Shown: positions 49,227 through 61,513 of the stretch, piece after piece
Position numbering within the stretch: position 1 is the first letter of the stretch
How the letters are laid out: each line of letters opens with the position of its first letter
Source of the DNA: an uncultured delta proteobacterium
GTDB lineage: Bacteria; Myxococcota_A; Polyangia; Palsa-1104
Reading direction: 5' to 3'
Assembly: GCA_963785725.1 (NCBI GenBank)
Contig: CAWAWS010000003.1
Location: 96,001 to 160,000, forward strand
Length of the DNA stretch: 64,000 nt
Made by a program: the position numbers and the translations under genes
The notes under the pieces: model-generated
Databases searched by the model: none
Told to the model about the DNA's origin: nothing
What the model saw: the letters and a program-made list of their open reading frames with translations, nothing else

Positions 49227-50039
49227 CTATCGTTCTTGCGCGGCTCGCGCGGCGTCGGCCTCCGCCAGCTGCTGCGCGATGCGCGCGTTCACGTCGTCGG
49301 CGTGCGTGATCGGCCCCATGTGCCCGGCGCCCGCGATGGTCGCCAGCCGCGCCTTCGGCAACGTCGCCTCGAGCAGCGCCACGACGCGCCGCGCCGCCGC
49401 CGGCGAACGCTCGCCCGTCATCAGCAGCGTCGGCGCCGTCAGCTGCGCGTAGCCCGACGCCGGCGTGCGGTCCTGCATGAGCGAGCGCACCTCGCCGTAG
49501 ACTTTACGCCCGATCTTCAAGAACGACTCGCGCTGCGCCGCCGGCAGCGACTGCCACGCGCCCGCGCCGTTCCAATAGTCGACGAACGCCGTGAACCAGG
49601 GCTCTTGCCCGCCGTGCGCATCGTCGGTGAACGCGGGGTTGTTCGACGCCCGCGCCAGATCCGCGAGCCCGACCGCATCATCGGCGCCATACAGCACGCC
49701 GAACGTCACGGGATCGTAAGCGGCGAGCGAACGCAGCTGCGCCGGGCGCTCCTTGGCCACCATGAACGCCACGAAGCCGCCGTACGAATGCCCGACGATA
49801 TGCGCCGGCTCGCCCAGCGAATCCCACAGCTCGACGATCGCCGCCACGTCGCTGCGAAAGTCGAACGGCTGATCGTCGGGCCACGGCGGATTGGCGCCCG
49901 AGCCGAGAAAATCGGGGCTGACGACGCGATGACGCGGCGCCAACCGCTCGGCGAGCCGGCGCCACTGACGCCCCGACATGCCGCCGCTGTGCAAGAGGAT
50001 CGCGAGCGAGCCTTCACCACGCACGTCGTATTTGATCAT
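49227..50039 (-). CDS. Alpha/beta fold hydrolase
   Basis: LLHS, GHSYGG and GAGHM motifs. Confidence 0.88.
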   Translation of the reverse strand: MIKYDVRGEGSLAILLHSGGMSGRQWRRLAERLAPRHRVVSPDFLGSGANPPWPDDQPFDFRSDVAAIVELWDSLGEPAHIVGHSYGGFVAFMVAKERPAQLRSLAAYDPVTFGVLYGADDAVGLADLARASNNPAFTDDAHGGQEPWFTAFVDYWNGAGAWQSLPAAQRESFLKIGRKVYGEVRSLMQDRTPASGYAQLTAPTLLMTGERSPAAARRVVALLEATLPKARLATIAGAGHMGPITHADDVNARIAQQLAEADAARAAQER

Positions 50040-50215
50040 GACGCGCTCGACTGTACCGCGCCGCCGCCGAATCCGCAGCCGCCGCCATCGCGGCGAAGTG
50101 TGCGTGCTTTCGGCGCGCGGCGTGCGCCGCAAACCCGGCGCGTCGCAGCCGACCCACGCTCGCAGCGACCGAATCCAGCCTGGCGCGCCTGCCGTCGCGC
50201 GCCGCCGCCACGGAA

Positions 50216-50839
50216 TCAGCCCGGCGGGCGACAGAACAGCGGCGTCGGCAGGTCGCTCGGCGGGTCGCCGGGGCAGCCGTAATTCGTGATCTCCGAGCAG
50301 CGACAACGATCGGGATGGATTGTACCGTCGCTGTCCTGCACGCTCGAGCCGCAGTTCGTTGCGTAGTCGCAGTCGACCTCCGCGCAGGTCGTGCGGCACG
50401 TGCCGTCGTCGGTCGTGGTGGCGCGCTGCTGCCCGTTCTTGAGCTCCTCGGCGAAGCAGACCACCGAGCTGCCGACGCCGCCGTCGGGTGCATAAGGCGC
50501 TTTGTAGCTGCACCAACCGCCGTTGAAGACCTTGATCATGTGATAGACGACGTCGGTGATCGAGTCGCGGCAGTAGGCGTCGGCGGCAGCGGCGAGCTCG
50601 GTGGCGCCGGCGTCGGGCACCTGCAGCGCCGTCGGCAGGCACACCTCCATCGCGATGTGCGCCGCGCAATGGCCGCCCGAGCAGTGCGAGTTGTCGAACG
50701 TCAGATTGCACGCGCAGTTGACGACGTCGTCGCCCGGCTGCGCGATAATCGCCGACTGTTGAATATGCCCGTTACCGGACAAGCTGCAGCCGCTAATCAA
50801 CACGATTAGACCGAAGGCGAGACGCGACAGTCGCCTCAA
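50216..50839 (-). CDS. Cys-rich hypothetical lipoprotein
   Basis: ISGC lipobox; many Cys; overlaps the upstream stop. Confidence 0.6.
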   Translation of the reverse strand: MRRLSRLAFGLIVLISGCSLSGNGHIQQSAIIAQPGDDVVNCACNLTFDNSHCSGGHCAAHIAMEVCLPTALQVPDAGATELAAAADAYCRDSITDVVYHMIKVFNGGWCSYKAPYAPDGGVGSSVVCFAEELKNGQQRATTTDDGTCRTTCAEVDCDYATNCGSSVQDSDGTIHPDRCRCSEITNYGCPGDPPSDLPTPLFCRPPG

Positions 50840-51789
50840 TTGACGAGACCGATGTCGTTGGCGCAAGGCTCGAACTCCTTGCCATCGAGCGCCAATGAAA
50901 AGAGCGCGCCCACGATTCCGGCGGTCACGTCGTCGCTGCAGAATTTGGCGGTCGTCTCGCCGTCGTCGGTATATTCGGCGTTCCAAACCGGCTTATTGGC
51001 GTCGGTATAAGGTTTGAGCGTATCGCACTCGGTAAACTTGTTGCATTCCTCGTCCAGCGCCGCGTCGAAGTCGGGTAAGAGCATCGGGATTTGATCGAGG
51101 TCGTTCTTTTGGACGGCCGCCATTCCCAGCGAATGCACTGTGGCGGCGATCCATTGGTCATACGTCAATTGATCGGCGGCCGTGGTCGTGAATCCCGGGC
51201 TGTTTTGATAGGAGTCGATATTGTCGGCTTCGACCGCGTCGAATCCTTTGCTTTGACAGAGCTTGAAGCGCGCCAACATGATCGCTTGCAGCGTCGCGTA
51301 ATTCGGACCCGCCGGGCGCACGTCGAGCCAGAATTCGCCGGGCCAACCATCGACCGCGGCGCCCTTCAAGCTCGCTGGGAACGACGCCGAGTCGGGACGA
51401 TCGGGCTCATACGTGCCGGCGTCCATGTAGCAGACGACTTTGATGCCGGCCTGGTGCAGCAGCGTGACCTCGGCGGCGCTGTTGCCGAAGCCGTCGATGT
51501 CGTAAACGCCGACGTTGCGCATGTTGTCGGGCGGCGCGTTCTGCAGATCCCAGTAGAACGTGGCGTTCTTGGACGGATGCCACCAGCCGGCGCCGCCGTC
51601 GCCGCTCACGCTGGCGTCGCCGCCGCCGGCGAGACCGGCCAAGTCGCCGCCGCTGCCCGCGAGGCCCGCCAAGTCGCCGCCGCCGCCGACCGCGGCGTCG
51701 GCCGCGCCCTTGCCGTGCGACGACGAACAGCCGCCGAGACAAACCAGCAGAGCTCCCGCGCAAAAACCCGAGCGAGCGACAGGTCTCAT
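50836..51789 (-). CDS. GH114 endo-alpha-1,4-polygalactosaminidase-like lipoprotein
   Basis: YDID, VVCY..AGTYE..RPD, GWPGE.WLD, KGFDAVEADN, QKN, EEC and AEY motifs. Confidence 0.85.
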   Translation of the reverse strand: MRPVARSGFCAGALLVCLGGCSSSHGKGAADAAVGGGGDLAGLAGSGGDLAGLAGGGDASVSGDGGAGWWHPSKNATFYWDLQNAPPDNMRNVGVYDIDGFGNSAAEVTLLHQAGIKVVCYMDAGTYEPDRPDSASFPASLKGAAVDGWPGEFWLDVRPAGPNYATLQAIMLARFKLCQSKGFDAVEADNIDSYQNSPGFTTTAADQLTYDQWIAATVHSLGMAAVQKNDLDQIPMLLPDFDAALDEECNKFTECDTLKPYTDANKPVWNAEYTDDGETTAKFCSDDVTAGIVGALFSLALDGKEFEPCANDIGLVN

Positions 51790-52098
51790 GACTCCAAGTA
51801 TATCACGCCCGCGGCCGCGACCGTCGCGTCACCGGCCGCGGAATTGGTACGAAACCGCGCATTCGCATATTCGTGAGTATCGGTTTTCTGTTTATTTTGC
51901 GCGCCGCCTGACAATTGCTGCAACCGACGGTCAGCAGCGCTGTCCGACGGGACTGTCTCGAACGCGAGACATCGCGTGAATACGTGTCGCGAATAATCGA
52001 TTTCGATATCGCCGGTTGTTGATCCACCAAATCGGCTTCCCTATACTCTGGCCGTCGCGGAGCAGTCGAATGCGCCTGCCAGCGACGCCAACGAAGCA

Positions 52099-53289
52099 AT
52101 GAAACCCAATGTGGCGCTGTTGCTGCTCGCATTGTGCGCCGAAGGGTGCGCGACCAAGCCCTGTCGTGACGGCACCGTTTATTTGACGCTCGATTATGCC
52201 GGCGTCGCCAGCGCCGCCGACGCGATCAGGCTCGACGTCACCGTCGGCGACAGCCACCAGGGTTACACGCGCCCGCGGACGCCGGGCGCGGCCAAAGACG
52301 CGCTCGAGATCGACTTTCGCGCCTATCCGCGCGCGGCCACCGTCGTCATCGCTGCGACGGCGACGCACGGCGGGCAGACGATCGGCGCCGGCCTCACGCA
52401 AGCGACGCTCGCCGCCGGCTGCACGGCGCTGACGCTCGACGTCGGCGCGGCGACGACGAGCGGCGACGACGCCGCGGCCGACCTTGCCGTCGACGCGCAC
52501 GATCTGGCCGGCGCCGATTTGACGAGCGCGCCGCCCGATCTGACGGTCGTGCCGCCCGATCTCGCTGTCGTGCCGCCCGACCTCGCGCCGCCGGCGACGA
52601 CGCACGATTTGGCGATGGCGCCGCCGCACGACTTGGCGATAGCGCCGGTCGTCGTCGACCTGGCCGTGCCGATCGCGCCGCCCGATCTGGCGCAGCCGAT
52701 CGTCGACATGGCGCAGCCGCCCGTCATCGGCTTCAGCGGCGAATCCGACACGCCGCAGATGCCGAACAGCACGAATTACACGGCGTTCACCGACGCCTGC
52801 CCGGCCGGCCAGGCCATGTTCGGCTTCAACCTCGCCGTCGCCACCGACACGTCCGGCAACCAGCTCGGCGTCAACCGCGCCGACACGCTGTGCGCCGTGC
52901 CCGCCGTCAAACCCGCCGTCGGCGGCGGCTGGACCGTCGTCTGGGAAGTCGGCCCGACGCTGCCCGGCCACGGCACCGCCGACCAAGCCACCGTCGCCTA
53001 TCAGTGCAATACGAACGCCTTTCTCGTCGGCTTCGGCGGCCGCTCGGGGCTCTATCTCGACAAGCTGCTCATCAGCTGCGCCTCCATCCTCGTCGACGGC
53101 AACGGCAACGTCAGCGTCGGTCCCACCAGCGACAGCAACACCGGCGTCGGCGGCACCGGCGGCAGCGCCTTCGCCAACATCTACTGCCCCGCCGGCCAAG
53201 TGGCGACGATGCTGCGCACGCGCGATCAGGCCGGCTCGGCGCCCAACGCGTTCGGCTACGGCTGCAGCACGCCGGTGGTCACGAAATGA
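52099..53289 (+). CDS. Lipoprotein with PDL repeats and C-terminal beta-prism/jacalin-like domain
   Basis: AEGC lipobox; CPAGQ and GRSG.YLD repeats; GGTGG. Confidence 0.65.
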   Translation: MKPNVALLLLALCAEGCATKPCRDGTVYLTLDYAGVASAADAIRLDVTVGDSHQGYTRPRTPGAAKDALEIDFRAYPRAATVVIAATATHGGQTIGAGLTQATLAAGCTALTLDVGAATTSGDDAAADLAVDAHDLAGADLTSAPPDLTVVPPDLAVVPPDLAPPATTHDLAMAPPHDLAIAPVVVDLAVPIAPPDLAQPIVDMAQPPVIGFSGESDTPQMPNSTNYTAFTDACPAGQAMFGFNLAVATDTSGNQLGVNRADTLCAVPAVKPAVGGGWTVVWEVGPTLPGHGTADQATVAYQCNTNAFLVGFGGRSGLYLDKLLISCASILVDGNGNVSVGPTSDSNTGVGGTGGSAFANIYCPAGQVATMLRTRDQAGSAPNAFGYGCSTPVVTK

Positions 53290-53981
53290 CGCCGCGCCGG
53301 CTGCTCTTGACGATCGTCGCGCTCGTGACGCTGACGTGGCCGTCGCCCGCGCGTGCCGACGATGCGCGCGAGGCGCAGGCGCGCTCCTACTTCTCGGTCG
53401 GCCTCGGCAAGTACAACCTCGGCGAATACGCGGCGGCGATCGAGGCGTTTCAGGCCGGCTACAAGCTGAAACCGCTGCCGCTGTTCCTGTTCAACATCGC
53501 CCAGGCGGCGCGTAAGAGCGGTCGCCTCGAGCTGGCACAGGAATATTACGTGCTGTACGTCGACCGCGAGATGACGCGCTCGGCGCCGCAGCGAACCGAA
53601 GCGCGCGCGCAGCTGATTCGCGTGCGCCACGAGCTGGCGGTGGCGGCGCGCGAACGACGCAATGCGCCGCCGCCGGCGAAGCTCGCCGTCAGCGAAGACG
53701 AGCCGGCGCCGAGCGCGCCGAAGACGGCGCCGATCGTCACTCCGGCGCCGGTCGCGACGACGTCGGTGCCGGCGGCGGCGCTCGAGCCGGCGCTGGCCGC
53801 ATCGCTGACGACGCCGGCGTTGACGCGCGAGCCGGCGCCGCGGCCGGTGTGGAAGCGCGCCTGGTTTTGGGGCACGCTCACCGCCGTCGTCGTCGTCGGA
53901 GTTGGCGCGGGCGTCGGCGGCTGGTTGGCTGTACAATCTCGCGGCCCGGCTAAACCGTCGTTGGGCGCGGTGAACTTTTGA
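53286..53981 (+). CDS. Secreted TPR protein with C-terminal anchor
   Basis: Signal peptide ARA-D; GEYAAAIEAF..Y...LFNIAQ; PVWKRAWFW plus TM. Confidence 0.8.
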   Translation: MTPRRLLLTIVALVTLTWPSPARADDAREAQARSYFSVGLGKYNLGEYAAAIEAFQAGYKLKPLPLFLFNIAQAARKSGRLELAQEYYVLYVDREMTRSAPQRTEARAQLIRVRHELAVAARERRNAPPPAKLAVSEDEPAPSAPKTAPIVTPAPVATTSVPAAALEPALAASLTTPALTREPAPRPVWKRAWFWGTLTAVVVVGVGAGVGGWLAVQSRGPAKPSLGAVNF

Positions 53982-54021
53982 GCCTCTTGAAGCACATGAT
54001 CATGAAGCGTGAGACAGCCTG

Positions 54022-55704
<1,683 letters not shown>

Positions 55705-55807
55705 CATCGTTCGCCGCGACCTCGCAGGCGAAAGCTTTCCAGGCGCCCGTGGTTTGCCATTTCCATAGACGCCTCGCGTCGCTCACCGGTGACGTCGAGA
55801 GTGACGT

Positions 55808-56263
55808 TCACCTGATTCTCAACGACTCTAGCCATTTGTTAGGTCGTCCTGCGTAATGATCTCGAAGCCTGTCTTCAACGTGTTCCGCATCCCAAACCGC
55901 CGCACGCTCTAGACCGATGCAGTCGTCTCGCACTGCATGCCACTCTCGTTCGCCTTGCTTTACTCGAAAACTCCCACGTTTGAGGCCGTCTTCAATGAAA
56001 AACTTTGGCAAGACTAAGAGTTCGGGGGACAGCCTTACGTTTCCAACAACAGTCCAACGGCCTGAGGTGACGGCGCTATTTACTACATAGATTTCAAATG
56101 CAATCGGTAGCCTTACGATATCTGCAATCTGCATCTCCGTCTTCGATTCGCGGTCATAGAACGCGAACAGAGGATTCTCAAGCGCTCGAGCGTACGTTAG
56201 GACGTCTTTGCCGAGAGTTATCTTAACCACGTCCCCGGTTTCTGCTCTTCTTAATCTCTTCAT
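55808..56263 (-). CDS. Immunity protein 26 (Imm26)-like
   Basis: GDVVKI, FAFYD, GRW.VVG and GLERAAVWDAEHVEDRLRDHYAG..NKW motifs; lower GC than flanks. Confidence 0.75.
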   Translation of the reverse strand: MKRLRRAETGDVVKITLGKDVLTYARALENPLFAFYDRESKTEMQIADIVRLPIAFEIYVVNSAVTSGRWTVVGNVRLSPELLVLPKFFIEDGLKRGSFRVKQGEREWHAVRDDCIGLERAAVWDAEHVEDRLRDHYAGRPNKWLESLRIR

Positions 56264-56277
56264 AACTTGGATTATTA

Positions 56278-56940
56278 TCAATATTCGCAGATGATTCGGT
56301 TGGTAATCGCGTTTCGGCTCAGACTTATCTGGCACCGATTCCGACTTCTTTCGACATTGCTATTAGTACCGTTGTTGTCGGAAGTATATGCGTAGGAGAA
56401 GTGGACGCGATTGAGACTTCCATCTTGGAACTCGATCGAGTTGTCGCAGGCGGATTCAATCCACCCACCAGGCTGAATGACACCGATGATACGTTGGTTG
56501 TAATTGTGGTCCCAGCCGTAGCCGAGGACGCCCGCATAGTTTACGCGACTGCGATAGGTCCGTGTGAACTCGTAGTGAACGCCGTAGCCGGCGAGCTCGA
56601 CGTCGGTTCGCGCCTCGAAGAACTCACCGTCGCCGAGGACCGGATCGCCGCCGGCGGGATGGCGCAAATAAGGCACCTTGATGGGGGCAGTCCCCGTGCC
56701 ATCGATGCGAGCTGTCGGACTAACGATGGGGGCGGGCGCGGCTGCATATTCATCGATCGGACCATCCGGGCACGTCACCGGTGGACTGAACGACCAGTTG
56801 ACTTTTGCGGCGGCTGCTTGAGTGCCGGCGGGAAGGAGACAGGTCTGCGCCTCACTTCTCGTACAAAGCAGCAGGCCGGCCAGGATAAGGGCTACACGGG
56901 CCAGCTTCGCGAGCTGCGAGTCGAAGTCGGTCAATCTCAT
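56278..56940 (-). pseudogene. Truncated Rhs/YD protein (signal peptide plus DUF6531 only)
   Basis: DPV..DGEF...TD....G...FTRTYRS....G.LGYGWDHNY, then an abrupt end without YD repeats. Confidence 0.7.
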
Positions 56941-57534
56941 GACGCGGACGCCTCTTAACGGACAGGTGCGGCGCCGCACTGCACGAGCTGAGCCGGGGGA
57001 TTTTCTCACCGGCAGTGTTACCGTTGGATGGTTGCTTAGCGCCGTTGCCAGCGCTGAAGAATGCGGTGGCTACTGTAGTCAGCTGCGACATGCCGCCGCA
57101 GATCTTCAGGCTAGCTGATCGGGGCGACCTTTGGTCTACTCGGCCCCGCGTCAGCTCTCATCGCCGGCAGCGGAGGGCGGCATCGTAATATCAGTTATTC
57201 TCGACTTCTCGTTGCAGGACAAAGCGGAGAAGCGCGCGGGAACACCTAGCCGCGCGTCGACCTCAGCTCGGCTCGATAGAAGGCAATCGCATCTTCGAGC
57301 AGGGTGCTAGGTCGGCCCCGTCCTTCCTAAAGTAGCCTCCCCGAGTTTCCCGCCCGACACCGCGACCTTGTACACAGGGCCGTTCGCGCGCTGCCCGCCT
57401 ATCGGAACCCTAGCGCCAACGGCATCGAAAGCAGCCAAGCGCGCGCGACATCGCGCCACTGCGTAACCAGCTCCGGCATGCGCGACCCGGTCTTCGGCAG
57501 CTCCACGCGCACCGCTTTGTCGTCCACCGCTGCC

Positions 57535-58277
57535 TCAGCTCTTGTTGCCGGCGACGATCAGGAATATCGGGATCCGCTTCCGCCGCTCATACGTCTCGCG
57601 CGTCGTGAACATCTCCGGCCGCGGACACGCCTCGCACAGCGCGTCCACGACGAACCCCGACGAGCGCATGGCCGCGAAGTAATTCTCGACGGTGCGGTGG
57701 TACTTCTCGACCTCGCCGCCCAGCCACTTCTCGATGCGCGACCCGCTGTCGAAGTAGTTGTCGACCAGCCAATCCTGCCGCACCGTCCCCTCTTTCCAGC
57801 CGCGCGAGCAGGACGAGATGACCGGATGCTCGACCGAGAACACGAAGCGGCCGCCGTCGACGAGCGCGCGCGCAATGTCGGAGAACACGAGGCCGACGTC
57901 GGCCACGTAATGCAGCGCCAGCCGCGACACCGCCAATCGAACGCCGCCGTCGGAAACTTCCACGTCTCGACGCGCTGCTCGATGACCTGCGCCGTCGCCT
58001 CGCGGCCGGCGAGCGTCTCGCGCGCGGCCTCGGCCATCTTGCGCGAGCCTTCGACGCCGACGTAGCTGACCGCGCCGCGCACCAGCAGCTCCTTGCCGTA
58101 GGCGGCCGCGCCGCAGCCGAGGTCGAGCACGCGTCGCCCGCGCACGTCGCCGACGAGCTCGTCGAAGACCGGCGCCTCCATCGTCTCGTTGGGGCTGTCG
58201 CGACGCAGGCGCATGGCCATGTACGTCGCGAAGACGTCGTCGTAGAACTCGGGGCCGTCGGAACCCATGAAGTGCAC
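57535..58277 (-). CDS. Class I SAM methyltransferase, frameshift near 57935
   Basis: VLDLGCG in one frame; SRLALHYV..GGRFVFSVEHP..YHRT in another. Confidence 0.8.
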
Positions 58278-58684
58278 CCATTATAGCGACAACGCCGCAC
58301 GGAATCAGTGACCGACTTTCCACCCTGCCGCCGCGGCCGTCCGAGTGGCATCGGCGAGGGAGCGATTCGGCCGCCGTCGCCGTCGCTGCCGCCGACGGGA
58401 GCGACGGGTCGTGACCGGCGTCCGCGACGAGGAGGGACGCGCATGCGGGCTGTCGTGGAGGCGCTCGACCGGCGACGCGAGGCCGGGCGATGGGCTCGCA
58501 ATCGCCGACCGCGACGAGGTTGCGCGCCGCAAAATGACGCCGCTTTGGGCTCGATATCGGGCGCGAGCTTGACCGTCGCGGCCGCCGGTCGGAGGGCGCG
58601 GACCAATACTGGCTAAGCGCACTCGCCGCGAAATCAAGCTGCGGGCGCGCGAGCGCCTCGCGCGGCCAGGCGTAGACTAGAACC

Positions 58685-60227
58685 ATGGCCGACCGGCGCC
58701 CACCCGCACGCTCCGACGGCGACGCGCGCTCGGCCGACCCGCATTCGCCCGCAGGCTCCGACAGCGTCGCGCGCTCCCGTCCGCCGGCTCGCTCCGACGG
58801 CGCGCTCGTCCTCGGCAGCGCGCGCGGCCGCTGGGTGCTCGCCGCCACGGTCCTCGGCTCCGGCCTCGCCATGCTCGACTCCACCGTCGTCAACATCGCC
58901 GGCCCGTCGATGGCACGCGATCTCCACGTCGGCGTCACCGGCCTGCAATGGATCATCAACGGCTACACGCTGACGCTCTCGGCCTTCCTCTTGCTCGGCG
59001 GCGCGCTCGGCGATCGCTTCGGCCGCCGCCGCCTGTTCATGCTCGGCGTAACCTGGTTCACGCTCGCGTCCATCGCCTGCGGCCTCGCCGGCTCGACGCT
59101 GACGTTGACGCTCAGCCGCCTCCTGCAGGGCGTCGGCGGCGCGCTGCTGGCGCCCGGCAGCCTCGCCATCCTCGGCGCCAGCTTCGCGCGCGACGAGCGC
59201 GCGCGCCGCCATCGGCGCCTGGAGCGGCCTCGGCGGCGTCACCATGGCCATCGGCCCCTTCGTCGGCGGCTACCTCGTGCAGGCGGTGTCGTGGCGGCTC
59301 GTGTTCTTCATCAACGTGCCGTTGGCGCTGGCGGTGCTGCTCATGACCCACCGCTTCGTGCCCGAGAGCCGCGATCCCGACGCCGGTCCCATCGATGTCG
59401 CCGGCGCGCTCTTGGCGGCGCTGGCGCTGGGCGGCATCACGTACGCGCTCATTCAGGCGGGCGGCGATGCGCGCGGCGCCGTCGACGTGTGGCTGGCCGG
59501 GGTCGGCGGCGTGATGGCGCTCGTGGCCTTCTTCGTCGTCGAGGCGCGCCGGCGCGCGCCCATGCTCGATCTCGCGCTGTTTCGGCATCGGCCGTTCGGC
59601 GCCGCCAACGTCGAGACGCTGGTCATCTACGCGGCGCTCGGCGGCGCGCTCTTCCTCATGCCGGTGCAGCTGCAGACGGTGCTGCACTATTCCCCGCTGG
59701 CCGGCGGCGCCGCGCTGCTGCCGTCGACGGCCATGATGATGTTCCTCTCGTCGTCGATGGGACGCTTGGCCGCGCGTATCGGGCCGCGCATTCCGATGAC
59801 GGTCGGGCCGCTCGTCGCCGCCGTCGGCCTCGTGCTGCTGGCGCGCATCGACGGTCACAGCCATTACGTGGCGAACGTCTTGCCCGGCGTGCTCGTGCTC
59901 GGGCTCGGCCTATCGATCACGGTGGCGCCGCTGACGGCGACGGTCTTGGCGGCGGCGCCGGTCGGCCGCACCGGCATCGCCTCCGCCATCAACAACGCCG
60001 TCGCGCGCAGCGGCAGCTTGCTCGCCGTCGCCATCTTGCCGGGCGTGGCCGGGCTCGGCGGTGGTCACGCGCTCGATCCGGCGCGCTTCGCGGTCGGCTA
60101 TCCGCGCGCGCTCGGCTATGCCACGGGCGGCTGCGTGGCCGGCGCGCTCATCGCCGCCTGGCGCGTCATCCGGCCGCCGACCAGCGACGACCGCCCGTGC
60201 GCGCCGTTGCCCGTCCACCCGTCGTAA
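58685..60227 (+). CDS. DHA2-type MFS transporter, frameshift near 59205
   Basis: LDSTVVN, LGDRFGRRR and RLLQGVG, then AIGPFVGGYL..WRLVFFINVP in a second frame. Confidence 0.85.
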
Positions 60228-60254
60228 CGACGCGGACACGCAATGCGCCATCGG

Positions 60255-60487
60255 CAACAATGATGATGGCGGCCATCAAACGCGACCCATCCGCTTTCGG
60301 CGCATGTGCCTGCGCGGCGCTCCGTATCGCTGCGCAGGCCTGGGCGGCAATGATGATGATGGTCATCGAATCGCGCCAGGCGGCCTCATCGCTCCGCTGC
60401 CCATCAATAATGATGCCGGTCATCAAACGGCGCCAGGCGGCCTCATCGCAGCGCTTTGCGGCAATCATGATGGCGGTCATCAAAGGT
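60255..60487. repeat. Four imperfect palindromic repeats
   Basis: AAT(G/C)ATGATG..GG(T/C)CATC(A/G)AA copies near 60256, 60347, 60406 and 60463. Confidence 0.65.
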
Positions 60488-60568
60488 GAAGGGCCGCTCT
60501 CGCCGCTGGCGCGTCGTGCGCGACCTCGCGGCTCGCGCGTCATGCGCGGCCTCGCCGCCCCGCGGCCG

Positions 60569-61423
60569 TCAGCCGACGAGGCCGCGCACGACGTCTTCGA
60601 TGCCGACGAGGCCCCGCCGCGGCGCGCCCTTGAACGCGATCCGGCCCGCGTTGAACCCGCCCACCATCTCGCGGAACAGCGCCGCCATCTTCGGCTTCAT
60701 TCCCGCCTGCAAGAGCGCCGGCTCGATCGCCGCATCCGGCACCGGCACGACCTGCACCGGCCGCCCCAGCACGCGCGCGAACGCCGCCGCCACCTCCTCC
60801 GGCGTGTAGTCGCGCGGCCCGGCGAGCTCGATGACGCGCTCCGCCGCCGCCCCGGCGACGAGCGCCTCGGCCGCGACGCGACCGATGTCCGCCGTCGCCA
60901 CCATGCGCGCCGCGTGCCCCAACGTCAGCATCGACGGCAAGACGCCGTCCGCCTTCGCCGGATGCACGACCGCGCCCCAGTTCTCCATGAAATAGGCCGC
61001 GCGCACGGCCGTCAGCGCCAGCCCCAACGACCCGAGCGCCGCCTCCAGCCGATGATTGCCGACGATCGGCCCCGTTCCGCTCGCCAGCTCGGCGCCGATC
61101 GACGACAACATGACCACGTGCTTCGGCTTGGCCGCCTGCAGCGCCGCCGTCCAGCTCGCGATCAGCGTCGCCTGCGTCGCCAGCAGGTCGTCGGCCTGAT
61201 GATTGGGCGGCAGCATCACGTAGACGCCGTCGGCCCCACGCAGCGCCGCCGTCAGCGCCGCCGTGTCGCTCAGCTCGGCCACGGCCACCTCGGCGCCGCG
61301 CGCCTTCCAATCCGCGCCCTTCTTGGCGTCGCGCACGATGACGCGCACCGCGTGGCCTTGCGCCAACAACGCCTTCGCCGCCGCTCCGCCGGTATTTCCA
61401 CTCGCTCCGCTGATGACGAACAT
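60569..61423 (-). CDS. NmrA-family NAD(P)-binding protein
   Basis: GASGNTG, LSSIGA, R.AYFMEN and VATADIG motifs. Confidence 0.88.
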   Translation of the reverse strand: MFVISGASGNTGGAAAKALLAQGHAVRVIVRDAKKGADWKARGAEVAVAELSDTAALTAALRGADGVYVMLPPNHQADDLLATQATLIASWTAALQAAKPKHVVMLSSIGAELASGTGPIVGNHRLEAALGSLGLALTAVRAAYFMENWGAVVHPAKADGVLPSMLTLGHAARMVATADIGRVAAEALVAGAAAERVIELAGPRDYTPEEVAAAFARVLGRPVQVVPVPDAAIEPALLQAGMKPKMAALFREMVGGFNAGRIAFKGAPRRGLVGIEDVVRGLVG

Positions 61424-61513
61424 GGGCTTCTCCTGTCGGTTGTGACTGCGGGACGAGAGGAAAGATGCGCCCGGCCACGCCATTCGTACAATTCATTGTT
61501 ATCATCACGACCC

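Noticed and set aside
57000..57480. IS remnant next to the Rhs fragment
   Set aside because: Only short CCTAGC-like words; no terminal repeats or transposase fragment identified
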